Below, piece by piece: positions 1-9,882 of a DNA stretch of 64,000 nt. The translations under genes and the position numbers were made by a program. The stretch lies in contig JAKAPS010000002.1 in NCBI GenBank assembly GCA_021806925.1, positions 1,751 through 65,750 of the forward strand. Reading direction: 5' to 3'. This DNA is from a bacterium. Lineage in GTDB: Bacteria > Patescibacteriota > Dojkabacteria > JAKAPS01. Position 1 is the first letter of the stretch, and each line of letters starts with the position of its first letter. The notes beneath the pieces are model-generated. The model saw only the letters and a program-made list of their open reading frames with translations, did no database searches and was not told the DNA's origin.

Positions 1-72
1 TCTTGCATTAACTGATTCAAGATCAGAATTAACACTTTTTGATGTTTTGATAAAACTTTCAGTGAATTTCAT
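1..72 (-). CDS. proS: Proline--tRNA ligase, N-terminal fragment (runs off the window edge)
   Basis: Reverse strand from ATG at 72 reads MKFTESFIKTSKSVNSDLESVNAR, matching the bacterial ProRS N-terminus pattern (M+.S..F.KT.+....D..S.NA.L). The upstream T-box has a Pro (CCU) specifier. Confidence 0.8.
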   Translation of the reverse strand, partial: MKFTESFIKTSKSVNSDLESVNAR

Positions 73-81
73 AAATTATTA

Positions 82-133
82 ATAAAATAAAAAAGCCTCA
101 TTCCCCAAACCATAACGGTTTGTAAGGACGAGG
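82..133 (-). terminator. Intrinsic terminator of the T-box leader
   Basis: Hairpin CCUCGUCCUUACAAACC-GUUAU-GGUUUGGGGAAUGAGG followed by CUUUUUUAUUUU; its 5' arm overlaps the antiterminator 3' strand. Confidence 0.85.
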
Positions 134-332
134 TCTCTCGTGTTACCACCTTACTTTTCAATTATTTTTCAATAAAAGGCTTATTACTTGTTTTTTTACG
201 GAAACAATCCGTCTATAGTTTTCTATAGCAGCTCTGAGGTAGGTTCGAAAGAAAATCATTATCAGTTTCCAGCAATCCTGACTCTCTCAAAATGATCTGT
301 TCATTCTACTATTCCTCTTCAAGGCTTTATAC
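82..332 (-). promoter_or_regulatory. T-box riboswitch leader (Pro, CCU specifier)
   Basis: Minus strand shows Stem I (about 231-328) with AGUA/GAA S-turn, GAGAGAGU AG-bulge (281-288), GCUGGAAAC distal loop (265-273) and specifier CCU (241-243) after GAA. T-box AAGGUGGUAACACG at 139-152, followed by antiterminator/terminator. Confidence 0.9.
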
Positions 333-338
333 AGGAGG

Positions 339-367
339 ATTATACCTAGAACACAATATACTGTCAA
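339..367 (-). promoter_or_regulatory. sigma70 promoter of the T-box/proS transcript
   Basis: TTGACA (362-367) - 17 nt - TATAAT (339-344), a perfect consensus just upstream of Stem I. Confidence 0.85.
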
Positions 368-595
368 ATGTACATATCTTTAGTATGTGAAAAATACACA
401 AAAAAGTTACTTAACAATAATTGCAATTAGATATATCATATACAATTCTTAATCTCTAAAAAGCAGTTATTTCACAATGTGTATATATATCTTTAATTGA
501 TTTTAGAAAACGGATAATAGCAACCTTTATAAAATCCTATTCCATTTATACATTTTACTAATGTACATTTCTTTTGTGACATGATATAAGTATAT

Positions 596-862
596 ATGGT
601 TATGATAATAGAGAAAAAAGTGTGGCCAGAATACTTTCAAAAGATCCTTGAAGGGGATAAAACTTTTGAAGTACGACTTGCTGATTTTGAATGTAATACA
701 GGAGACACTCTGATCCTAAAAGAATGGGATCCAGATACAGGAAAATACACGGGAAGAGAGATTAAAAAAAAGGTGACGTATGTAGGAAAAACTAAGGATT
801 TTACATTTTGGAATGAAGAAGAAATAGATAAATATGGGTATCAAGTAATTGGATTTAAATGA
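596..862 (+). CDS. DUF3850/ASCH (PUA-like) domain protein
   Basis: KKVWPEYFQKILEGDKTFEVR..D.....GD.LILKEWD signature. Confidence 0.8.
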   Translation: MVMIIEKKVWPEYFQKILEGDKTFEVRLADFECNTGDTLILKEWDPDTGKYTGREIKKKVTYVGKTKDFTFWNEEEIDKYGYQVIGFK

Positions 863-1757
863 TAAGATACGATTAATCGTATCAGTTACTGCTAAAGATA
901 GAATAAAATTACATGGATTGCTTGCAGAACCGAGTGTGTATTACAGATACAAAAAGAATTCATTTACATGGAATTTCAGCAAACTTCTATAATGCAGACT
1001 TTTATACTAGTTTTATTAAATAATCCTTATGTATAAGAATAGCATTTATTTCCACAGATAGTATAGTATATAGGAGTATATGAGATAGAAAAGCAGGAGA
1101 GTTGTCGCACCTGGTGCTTCTTTAGAAAAATTTGAAGACTGTTTACTTTATATAGATACATGGATTGAGTATGCATTATCTATTGGATTCAAAAAGATTA
1201 TATTGGAAGGATATGGTTTTGGGGCAGAAAAGGCAGTGTATTACATGAATAAATGGAAATATAAGGATAATGTAATTGCACTTATTCTTATAGGTTTTTG
1301 TGATACAGTTGGAACTCAAGAAATATACGAAAAAAAAATAGGGAAAACATACTATGATGAGGCTTTAGATTTACAAGAGAAAGGATTAAATGAACATTTC
1401 CTTTCAGATTTGCTTACATTTGCAGGAGAAATACCAATAAGCTCTCAAACATACTTTGATTTCTTTTCAAAAGGAGGGTCTATCCTTTCTACTGTGATGT
1501 CTTTACGAAATGGTAGAAATTTTACTATGTTTGCAAATATTCATCTCCCTATTTTAGGGATTATGGGAGATGATGATGAATGAAGGAGAATATACAATTA
1601 TTCCAATACATAATGCAATAGAACGCTTATGAATGTGGAAAACAAATTAGCTGAAGCTTATCAAATACAGGATTGTGACCATAATTTTACAGGAAAGGAA
1701 GAAAAGTTGAGTAATATTATAGATTTATTTACGAAGAAGAAAATACTGAATCAGTGA
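859..1757 (+). pseudogene. Frameshifted DUF1749-like alpha/beta hydrolase
   Basis: Fragments in different frames: VTAKDRIKLHGLL, IHLHGISANFY, GASLEKFEDCLLYIDTWIEY..IILEGYGFGAEKAVYY, LPILGIMGDDDE, IQDCDHNFTGKEEKL. Several stops and frameshifts; the nucleophile Ser motif reads GYGFG. Confidence 0.75.
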
Positions 1758-1776
1758 ATATATTATTAACAAACCT

Positions 1777-2454
1777 ATGAACATAAAAGAAACAACAGCA
1801 CTTATTACTGTAGCATCCAAAGGAATCGGAAGAGCAACAGCAATACGACTTGCACAGGAAGGATCAATTATTGTTGTTGACTACAACTCAGATAAAGATC
1901 TGGCAAATGAGGTCGTAATAGAGTGTAATAAATACACGAGTGGCAATATTGCAGTGCAAGCGGATGTTACAAATGATCATCAAGTAAAAGAGATGTTTAA
2001 CAAAGTAAAAGTGACATTTGGTCATCTTGATATTCTCGTTAATAATGCAGGAATATTTGATGAAACAGATAATCCAAGAAATTTGCAGGCATTTGAAAAT
2101 ATTTTTCAACATAACTTCCTTGGTCATGTTCGAGTAACAAATGAAGCACTTGATATTATGAAAAAAGGAAAGATTGTTAATGTATCTTCAATTCATGGAC
2201 AGCTAGGAATAGGAAACGGTGAAGTGATTGCATATGCCTCACTAAAAGCGGCTATTAATAGTTATACAAAAAATCTTGCAAAAGAGCTTGCACCTGATAT
2301 TTTGGTTAATGCAGTAGCTCCTGGTAGAACAATGACAACGATGTGGAGCGGAATGACGAAAGAGGAAGAAAAAAAGTGGGGAGAAACACAGCTTATTAAC
2401 AGGTTTATTATTCCAGATGAGGTAGCAGATGCTATTAGACATGTTCCTGAGTAA
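1777..2454 (+). pseudogene. SDR-family oxidoreductase (FabG-like), C-terminally truncated by IS insertion
   Basis: TxASKGIG (G>V change), NNAG, YxxxK and VNAVAPG motifs. The last residues RHVPE are encoded by the IS end, and the normal terminal strand (..TG..I.VDGG) is missing. Confidence 0.75.
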
Positions 2455-3469
2455 AAGATAAGAGAGATTAATGAAGCAGAAAGAGTTTAAATTATTCCTA
2501 TTAGGAAATTTGTTTACGAACTTTGGAGATGATAATTCCATAAACCAGCAGCTATAACAATTAGTGAATCATCCATAAGCGGGATATGATTCCTTGCTAT
2601 TGTTGATACTGACGCCATCCTCTTGATTCCACAGATGGCATGCTCAGATAATACTCTGATTGATGAAATAAGATGATTTTCTTCTTTTTGTTTTTCAGTT
2701 AAAGGGCTACCCCTTGATCTTTTTGTAGGTATCTGTGTATTTGGATGAACCTTTTCTACTCCCTTAAACCCTGTATCTACCCATACACATACCTTCTTTG
2801 GTATATTTTCAAATAACATTTGCTTGTCAGCATGCTGCTTATCATGTCTTCTTCCTTATCTGGTTCTTGTTAAATATAATATCCTTTTTCTATCATCTGA
2901 AACAATAATATTCTTCCTCGTATGAATTTTCTTCTTCCATGAATATGTCTTGTTCTGAGCCTTCTTCTTCTTTGGACGTTGTTTTCTCCTTTCTGATCCA
3001 TCTACAAATACATCCCTTATTCCTGGATATCTTTTCTCAAATTCTTCGGGTGAGTTTATTTGCCTTTCTGGCAACACACATCTTCTCCCTAATGTCTGTT
3101 CCAATACTGGCAACAACCTTAATGTCCACTCACATGCCTTACTCCTTACAAAACCAGCTTCGTATCCCAACACATCTTATATTGGATATGTTTTTACATA
3201 TGTTAATATAAAAAATAGTTTACTTCTGGCATCGGGTAATACTGGGCTCTTCATTCCTCCTCCAATTCTTCTCAATCTATTCGGTTTTCTCTTTATTTAT
3301 GCTTCTTCATAATTCCATTCAAACTGTACTACCAATTCTTCAAATTCTGAAATCGTTATTCCTGTCAATGCTTTACATTGACGATCATTTTTTAGTGCAT
3401 ATTTTATATTCATTTCGGTCAGCTTTCTACTATCTTAGTTTACCTCCTTATCCTGTTCAGGAACAAGTT
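2438..3469 (-). mobile_element. IS5-family (ISL2/DDE_Tnp_4-like) insertion sequence, inactive
   Basis: Imperfect TIRs GACATGTTCCTGA (2438-2450) and TCAGGAACAAGTT (3457-3469), 11/13 match, flanked by TA (2436-37, 3470-71); contains a single transposase frame. Confidence 0.85.
2514..3413 (-). pseudogene. Transposase (HTH_Tnp_4 + DDE_Tnp_4-like) with three in-frame TAA stops
   Basis: One 900-nt frame MNIKYALKNDRQCKALTG..FVDGSER..QRP..YSWKKK.HT.K..HD..VDTGFKG..RVLSEHAICGIKR; TAA at 3297-99, 3177-79 and 2856-58. Confidence 0.88.
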
Positions 3470-3652
3470 TAATATCTTGAAGAGAATCCAAAAATACTTA
3501 TTACATAAAATTTTATTTATATTTATAAATTACTAATATAAAACATACAGTTGTAATGCGAAGAAGTCTATTTTTGAAATATTGCTTATATATTCTTAAT
3601 TAAGAGCCTATTTAGAATATCAATTAAATCAATAATATTTTATACTATTAAA

Positions 3653-4207
3653 ATGAACAAATATGTAAATTTAATGACCAAAAATCAAGGAAAAATCTTA
3701 GCAGCAAATAGTGCCTTTTCAAAATATGGCATTGAGGTTCGTTCTCTTGATTTTGATATTCCTGAAATTCAAGCTTATACAAGTATAGAAATAGCGAGAT
3801 ATGCAGTAGAGAAAGCATGGGAAAAATTCCATGAACCTGTAATTAGGGAAGATCATAGTTTCTTTATCGATGAACTTGGTATGCCTGGTCCTTATATGGC
3901 ATACGTAGAGAAGCAAATTGACTTAGAACATCTGATAAAGATATTGAAGACTCTTGATTCGAGAGAAGGACACTGGAATGTAGGGACAGCCTTTATGGAT
4001 AAGAACGGTAAGGTACATGAATTTACTTTTGATGTGCCGATTGTGTTTGAACTGAAACCTAGAGGTAAAGAGATCAATAGTTGTATACAAATAGTACGCT
4101 TTGCAAATGAGACAAGAGTTTTAACTGAATACCCGGAAGAAGAAAGACTTCATGTATGGAATGTAAACTATGAAAAGATAGCAAAACTTATGTCAGAACA
4201 AGAGTAG
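3653..4207 (+). CDS. Ham1/RdgB-family non-canonical purine NTP pyrophosphatase
   Basis: T.N.GK, PEIQ and ED.SFFIDELG.PGPY motifs. Confidence 0.8.
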   Translation: MNKYVNLMTKNQGKILAANSAFSKYGIEVRSLDFDIPEIQAYTSIEIARYAVEKAWEKFHEPVIREDHSFFIDELGMPGPYMAYVEKQIDLEHLIKILKTLDSREGHWNVGTAFMDKNGKVHEFTFDVPIVFELKPRGKEINSCIQIVRFANETRVLTEYPEEERLHVWNVNYEKIAKLMSEQE

Positions 4208-4259
4208 TTATTGTTGATTCAAGTTGGTTTTGGTACTACATTCTTGATAATGAGATTAA

Positions 4260-4288
4260 TTGACAAATATATTGTTTCAAAATAGACT
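4260..4288 (+). promoter_or_regulatory. Putative sigma70 promoter of the NHL-protein gene
   Basis: TTGACA (4260-65) - 17 nt - TAGACT (4283-88), 19 nt upstream of the ATG. Confidence 0.6.
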
Positions 4289-4307
4289 ATTGATATAAAC
4301 GTGTTGC

Positions 4308-6413
4308 ATGAATACAAATAAAACTGCGATTGTGGTTAGTTTTGTTCTCATTGTTATTTCTTTCCTTTCCGCATTGCTTCTTATATGGAGAATTCAGAAT
4401 CACAACACTACTACTCTATTAAAAACAAACAGCGTGACAACAAATCAAGCGGTAGCAACAGCAATAAAAACTGGTGCGAGTTATAGAAGCGTAACTTCAT
4501 ATCCAACTGGCTGGTTCTCAAGTGGTCAAAATGCAGATCTAACATTATCTGCAATTGGATTCAATAATACAGGCGGTCCCCTTACATTCAATCATTTAGG
4601 AAATATAGCTTCAGATGGTCATCATTTACTTGTTGCTGATAGAAATAACAACAGAATATTAATATGGAATTCTTTACCTAAAAGTAATGTTCCTCCAAAT
4701 ATAGTCTTGGGTCAGGAAAACTTTACAACTAATAATCCAGGAACAGGTATGAATAATTTAGATTGGCCTGTATCCGTAGCGACTGATGGAACACATGTCT
4801 TTGTAGCAGATACATATAACAATAGAATTCTAATATGGAATTCATTTCCTACTAAAAATGGTCAAAGTGCAGATATTGTATTAAATAATGTTGCAAATAA
4901 CATACAGAACCCAACAAAAAATACAATAATATGGCCATGGGCAGTATGGACGAATGGGAAGAAATTAATAGTAACTTCAACTCAATCAGGTTCAGTTCTA
5001 ATATGGAATTCAATTCCTACCAAGAATAATCAATCTGCAGATATAATATTAAATGCTGGAGGAAATTTCGGTACTCCACGATCTATTGCAAGTGATGGAA
5101 ATACTCTTATGATAGGAGATCATAATGCAAAATTAAACAATGGTAATCCTGGTAACTTCTTTTGGTCAACATTTCCTACAAAGGATAATCAACCATATAA
5201 TTCATTTATATCAACTCAATCCAATTCACAATCACTTGGAAATGTGAGTGAGATATTTTGGGGTGGTGTATATACACCAGATGGAAAATTTCTTTCACTC
5301 GGTAATACACTTCTTGAATGGAACTCATTTCCGCAAAATTCAAGTAGTTTTCCAAATATGATTACTGGAGGATCTAGTGGAGATCCTACAACAAATTCTA
5401 ATAGTTTGTATCAATTTGATGCCGGTGATGGTTCAGGCGAAGTTCTAGCTGGAAACACACTATACATATCATTATCAAATGGAAATAGGATTATTGGATT
5501 CAATTCTATTCCTACAACACAAGATGCTAAACCAGATTTCTCTATAGGTTCGCCAAGTATAAATACAAATACGCTTTTAACAAACTACATAATGTCTAAT
5601 CCAGTTCCAGCAACTAACGGAAAGAGTTTATTTGTAAGTTCTGATTTTGATAAGAGTTTGTATGTATATAAGAATTTGCCGAACCAATCGAATGCGTATC
5701 CCGATTATGTTATTCCATACGGTGGCTGGTCAAATGCCTTATATGAAAATACATTTGCAGAAGCAGATAGTCAGAGTATATATATATGGAATACTCTACC
5801 TACTAGTGGTCAATTACCAAATGAAATATTGACAAATCATATTGGAAATATACAGTTGAAGGATGCAAAAGGTGTTGCAATAGATAGTAAATATTTCTAT
5901 ATAAGTGATGCAGCAGCAAATAAGGTGTATGTTTTTAAGGGAATACCAACATATAGCAGTAATCCCGTGTATACAATAAATGTTAATCAGCCATATAGAA
6001 TTTCAAGCGATGGGACATATTTAGTTGTCACAACTACGCTTGATAATTTGACTGGACATGTGAAGGTATACATGGTTAATCAGTTATCAAATAATACAAG
6101 TCCAGTATGGACACTTACCGATAAACAAATTCAAACGAACCTACCAGAAAGTGCTGTGGTTTCACATGGAAGTTTGTTTATTGCTGATACTGGTTTTAAC
6201 AGAGTGTTGATATGGAAAGATATTACAGAGGCAATTCAAGGAAAACAGCCTGATACTGTTTTAGGTGAATCTACACTATCCCCTATTTTAGTTCCGCAAA
6301 TAGGAACATCAACTTTATTCTGGCCATCCAATATAGCATTTGATGGAAGTTATTTATGGGTAGGTGAATTTAAATTTTCTGAAAGACTACTTCGTTTTTC
6401 AGTTCATTCGTAG
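4308..6413 (+). CDS. Membrane-anchored NHL-repeat beta-propeller surface protein
   Basis: N-terminal hydrophobic helix; repeated (I/V)A.DG..L.VAD..NNRILIWN..P.......D.VLG units; N/S/T-rich. Confidence 0.8.
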   Translation: MNTNKTAIVVSFVLIVISFLSALLLIWRIQNHNTTTLLKTNSVTTNQAVATAIKTGASYRSVTSYPTGWFSSGQNADLTLSAIGFNNTGGPLTFNHLGNIASDGHHLLVADRNNNRILIWNSLPKSNVPPNIVLGQENFTTNNPGTGMNNLDWPVSVATDGTHVFVADTYNNRILIWNSFPTKNGQSADIVLNNVANNIQNPTKNTIIWPWAVWTNGKKLIVTSTQSGSVLIWNSIPTKNNQSADIILNAGGNFGTPRSIASDGNTLMIGDHNAKLNNGNPGNFFWSTFPTKDNQPYNSFISTQSNSQSLGNVSEIFWGGVYTPDGKFLSLGNTLLEWNSFPQNSSSFPNMITGGSSGDPTTNSNSLYQFDAGDGSGEVLAGNTLYISLSNGNRIIGFNSIPTTQDAKPDFSIGSPSINTNTLLTNYIMSNPVPATNGKSLFVSSDFDKSLYVYKNLPNQSNAYPDYVIPYGGWSNALYENTFAEADSQSIYIWNTLPTSGQLPNEILTNHIGNIQLKDAKGVAIDSKYFYISDAAANKVYVFKGIPTYSSNPVYTINVNQPYRISSDGTYLVVTTTLDNLTGHVKVYMVNQLSNNTSPVWTLTDKQIQTNLPESAVVSHGSLFIADTGFNRVLIWKDITEAIQGKQPDTVLGESTLSPILVPQIGTSTLFWPSNIAFDGSYLWVGEFKFSERLLRFSVHS

Positions 6414-6441
6414 TGGGAGGTGAATTTATATAAATATAATT

Positions 6442-6720
6442 ATGGACAAATTTATAAAAATAATTAAAGATATTTCAAGTATACTTCTGCTTGTGAATGG
6501 TGTTGTGTGGTTGATTATTGGTATAGTAATCATATTTGCAATTGTAAGGGTTGGTACTTCTGGAGTTGAACAGGTTATAGGTGGTACAGTTGGAACTCAG
6601 CAACAACAGAGCAACCAATCTAATATGCAACCTCAAAATCAACAAGGAGGAGGAGTTCAACAACAAATGCAACCAAGTCAAGTTATACCAAGTAATCAAC
6701 AAAATGTATATCCTTCATAA
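6442..6720 (+). CDS. Small membrane protein with Gln-rich tail
   Basis: Long hydrophobic N-terminal segment then QQQQSNQSNMQPQNQQ; GGAGGTG SD-like motif upstream. Confidence 0.6.
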   Translation: MDKFIKIIKDISSILLLVNGVVWLIIGIVIIFAIVRVGTSGVEQVIGGTVGTQQQQSNQSNMQPQNQQGGGVQQQMQPSQVIPSNQQNVYPS

Positions 6721-6799
6721 ATAATTTTATCAGGATTACAAATACTGATGGTGTATACTTAAAAAGTAAAGTGTTTAATGATTATTGATCTTATCTATA

Positions 6800-6828
6800 T
6801 TGACTAGTAAACAATGGGAATATAGAAT
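6800..6828 (+). promoter_or_regulatory. Putative sigma70 promoter upstream of the SDR relic
   Basis: TTGACT - 17 nt - TAGAAT. Confidence 0.5.
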
Positions 6829-6887
6829 AAAATGTATTCTGGCAATCGTAAATCTAGTTTATAAAAATAACAATAAATAATTTAACA

Positions 6888-7171
6888 ATGAGAAAGGTAA
6901 TGGTAATTTCAGGCGGAATTTGATGGATTAGGAAAAAATATAGCAACAGATTTCGCAAGTAATTAGATTAAAAGAAATTGAAGCGTGTGTCAAAGTAAAT
7001 ATGATGTTATTATGAATTATGATATGTATCAAGTATTAATGAAATAAGGTCTGCAACAAATAATATTATTTAAAAAATACTGGTTTAATAGATATTTTAA
7101 TAAGTAATGCTGGTATATGGATTGAAGGCTTACTTGAGAATAACAATCCAGAAATGATAAAGAAAGTTTAG
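6888..7171 (+). pseudogene. Highly eroded SDR oxidoreductase remnant (not in the ORF track)
   Basis: MRKVMVISGG / DGLGKNIA (frameshifted Gly-rich loop) and GLIDILISNAGIWIEGLLENN (NAG motif). Confidence 0.7.
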
Positions 7172-7282
7172 GTATAAAAGATAAATTTAGCTAATATACA
7201 TACTATATCTCTATAAGATATATTTAAGATATGGGAAATTTCATTTTAGTATTTTTAAGTGAATACATGTTAAAATATTGTA

Positions 7283-8089
7283 ATGAGTGATTTTAAATTT
7301 GATATTCATGAAGCGAAGAAGTTGGTTACTGAATTTATATTACATGCAGGACAAGAAGCTCTTACTAATTGGAAAAATATAGATGTAGAGTACCATGTAG
7401 ATAATGTAGATGTAACAACAGAAACAGATAAAAGAATTGAAAACGAATTCTCAAATTTTGTTGAGAAAAATTTTCCTGGTCATGGATTTAGTGGTGAGGA
7501 ATTCAATGACTTGAAAAGAAGTGCCGAATATATGTGGTATATAGATCCTATTGATGGAACAAAATTCTATGCAAAGCAGGTTCCTCTCTGGTCAATATCA
7601 ATTTCATTAGTTAGAAAAGGTGTTCCTGTTTTAGGTGTAATATATTTCCCAACATCTGGACAAATATACTCTGCTATAGATGGAGAAGGTGCATACCTTA
7701 ATGATGATTTGATTAGCATAACTCAAGAGGCTGATCTTGGAAAATTACAGTTAGCACTAGATATGGCATTGAGTAGTGAAGAATACAATGCAAGAAAAGA
7801 AACAATTACACCAGTGCTTGAAAGATTATATACATCATTCTACCGAGTTAGATCACTAGGTTCTGGTACGGCAAGTATAACATGGTTAGCACAAGGTTTT
7901 TTCGGTTGTTATTTTAATCCATTTAGAACTGAGATGAGTATGTATGATATATATACAGGTATGTTAATAGCAAAGGAGGCAGGTGCATATATTCACAAAA
8001 TAACAATAAGCCCTGGACTGTACCATTTCATATTTGGAAATAAAGAGGTGGTTGAGAAAGTTGTAGGTATAGTTGCTGACCTAAAATAG
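7283..8089 (+). CDS. Inositol monophosphatase (SuhB-like) family protein
   Basis: T.TD, GEE, WYIDPIDGT.F, R.LGS and YD...G.LIA.EAG motifs. Confidence 0.9.
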   Translation: MSDFKFDIHEAKKLVTEFILHAGQEALTNWKNIDVEYHVDNVDVTTETDKRIENEFSNFVEKNFPGHGFSGEEFNDLKRSAEYMWYIDPIDGTKFYAKQVPLWSISISLVRKGVPVLGVIYFPTSGQIYSAIDGEGAYLNDDLISITQEADLGKLQLALDMALSSEEYNARKETITPVLERLYTSFYRVRSLGSGTASITWLAQGFFGCYFNPFRTEMSMYDIYTGMLIAKEAGAYIHKITISPGLYHFIFGNKEVVEKVVGIVADLK

Positions 8090-8101
8090 ATACATAGTTG
8101 C

Positions 8102-9547
8102 TTATATATCTATTATTCTAAGTGAGTTTGTCTCCCCCTCTATTCCGACTTTTAATCCAGTCATAAAAATCAATTTTGCACCTTTCTCAACATAATTTAT
8201 ATTACGGAGAATATTAATACTATTATCAATTAAATCATCTATTGTGTTTGTTTTGTCAACAAGAAATGATTTAATTCCCCAAATCATTGCAAGCTGGTTG
8301 TATACCTTTTCTGATTGTGTGACTGCAATAATTGTCTTGTTTGGACGTAAGCTCGCAAGTGCAATTGCACTTTTACCTGACTCTGTAGCTACTACAAGTA
8401 AATTGCAATTCATATTATTTGCAAGTAATGTTGCAGCAGATGCAATTGCATCTGCATTACTTTGTTCATGATGTATATTTTCGTATCTTTTATCATATAT
8501 TAGTTTGTTGTTATTTTCAGTAGTCTTCACAATTGATCTCATCATTTCTGTAGCATCAAAAGGGTACTTACCTACTGCAGATTCAGCACTCAACATAACA
8601 TCATCAACCTCGCTTATAGCTGCATTGGCAACATCGCTTACCTCTGCACGTGTAGGTCGAGGGTTTGTTATCATAGATTCAAGCATTTGTGTTGCAACAA
8701 TAACAGGCTTCTTCTTATCCTTACATAATTGAATTATTTTAGATTGCCAAACAGGAATATTTTCCATACCAATTTCAACAGCTAAATCCCCTCTTGCTAC
8801 CATTATCATATCTGTTACATCAATTATTGATTCAATATTTTCAATAGCATGCTTGGTTTCAACTTTTGTTATTATCTTTATTCTTGGATTTACTTTATTG
8901 ATTAAATCTCTTGTATAAAGTACATCTTCTGCCTTTTGAACAAATGAAATAGCAATATAGTCTACATCATTTTTAAGACCAAATGAAAGATCGTACAAAT
9001 CCTTCTCTGTAAGACATGGTTCATCAATTAATGTGTCAGGTATATTTATTCCCTTATTTGAAGATATTGTACCATCATTTAAAAATTTTATTATTGCATA
9101 ATCATTTTTAACTTCTTCCACCTTTGCTTTTAAATATCCATCATTAAAAAATATTGTGTGGTTAGCGTGTAAATATGGTATAAAATCATATTGGATTGGT
9201 ATGCAGTGATAAGTAGGATCAAAATCCTGTTTTAAATTTTTTCCAATATATGCAATATCATTTGTTTTTATGTATAACTGATTTTCTATTTCTCCTACCC
9301 TTATTTTTGGCCCTTGCAAATCCTGAATTATTGCAATTGGTTTGTGGTGCTTCTTAGATAACTGTCTAATATCCCTTATTATTTTAACAAACTCCTCATG
9401 CTTCCCGTGTGAGAAATTCAGTCTTGCTCCATTCATACCAATATGTATCAATTTTTCGAGAGAGTCTCTGTCAGATGTTGCTGGACCAATCGTACATATC
9501 ATTTTAGTCTTTTTTAGATAATCTGTCTGTATTATTGTTTTATTCAT
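8102..9547 (-). CDS. pyk: Pyruvate kinase
   Basis: KTKMICTIGPA, RLNFSHG, DLQGPKIR, MVARGDL, ATQMLESM, PTRAEVSDVANA. Confidence 0.97.
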   Translation of the reverse strand: MNKTIIQTDYLKKTKMICTIGPATSDRDSLEKLIHIGMNGARLNFSHGKHEEFVKIIRDIRQLSKKHHKPIAIIQDLQGPKIRVGEIENQLYIKTNDIAYIGKNLKQDFDPTYHCIPIQYDFIPYLHANHTIFFNDGYLKAKVEEVKNDYAIIKFLNDGTISSNKGINIPDTLIDEPCLTEKDLYDLSFGLKNDVDYIAISFVQKAEDVLYTRDLINKVNPRIKIITKVETKHAIENIESIIDVTDMIMVARGDLAVEIGMENIPVWQSKIIQLCKDKKKPVIVATQMLESMITNPRPTRAEVSDVANAAISEVDDVMLSAESAVGKYPFDATEMMRSIVKTTENNNKLIYDKRYENIHHEQSNADAIASAATLLANNMNCNLLVVATESGKSAIALASLRPNKTIIAVTQSEKVYNQLAMIWGIKSFLVDKTNTIDDLIDNSINILRNINYVEKGAKLIFMTGLKVGIEGETNSLRIIDI

Positions 9548-9882
9548 AAATTATTAATTATATATTTTACATTTTTGATATTATCATATAACACTATCTA
9601 GTTCCAATAGAACTTAATGAGGAAATTCATTAATATGAACATAATTCTATATCAACTTCTACAGTTGAAGATGCGTTATGATTACAACAGATAATGATTT
9701 TTTTCAAACTTAAAGTTGGTTGTATAGTAGACAATCTTGATAGTTTGGAATATAAGTTCTACCAAAATTAAATACTGTTTTCTTCTTAACCATAATCACA
9801 CGCATATTAATTCAATCAATTTAGGATATTAATTAGAATTAACTAGTATTTTTATTGGATAATTGCTAATATGTAAAAAATA

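Noticed and set aside
1203-1583. Stand-alone 126-aa CDS
   Set aside because: Internal fragment of the larger frameshifted hydrolase pseudogene.
2514-3413. TAA recoding or programmed readthrough in the transposase
   Set aside because: The three TAAs appear to replace different amino acids, a conserved YSGKKK reads YSWKKK, and TAA ends many normal genes. This is ordinary decay.
9560-9870. Possible gene relic between pyk and the DUF1905 gene
   Set aside because: Only short ORFs without recognisable motifs were found.
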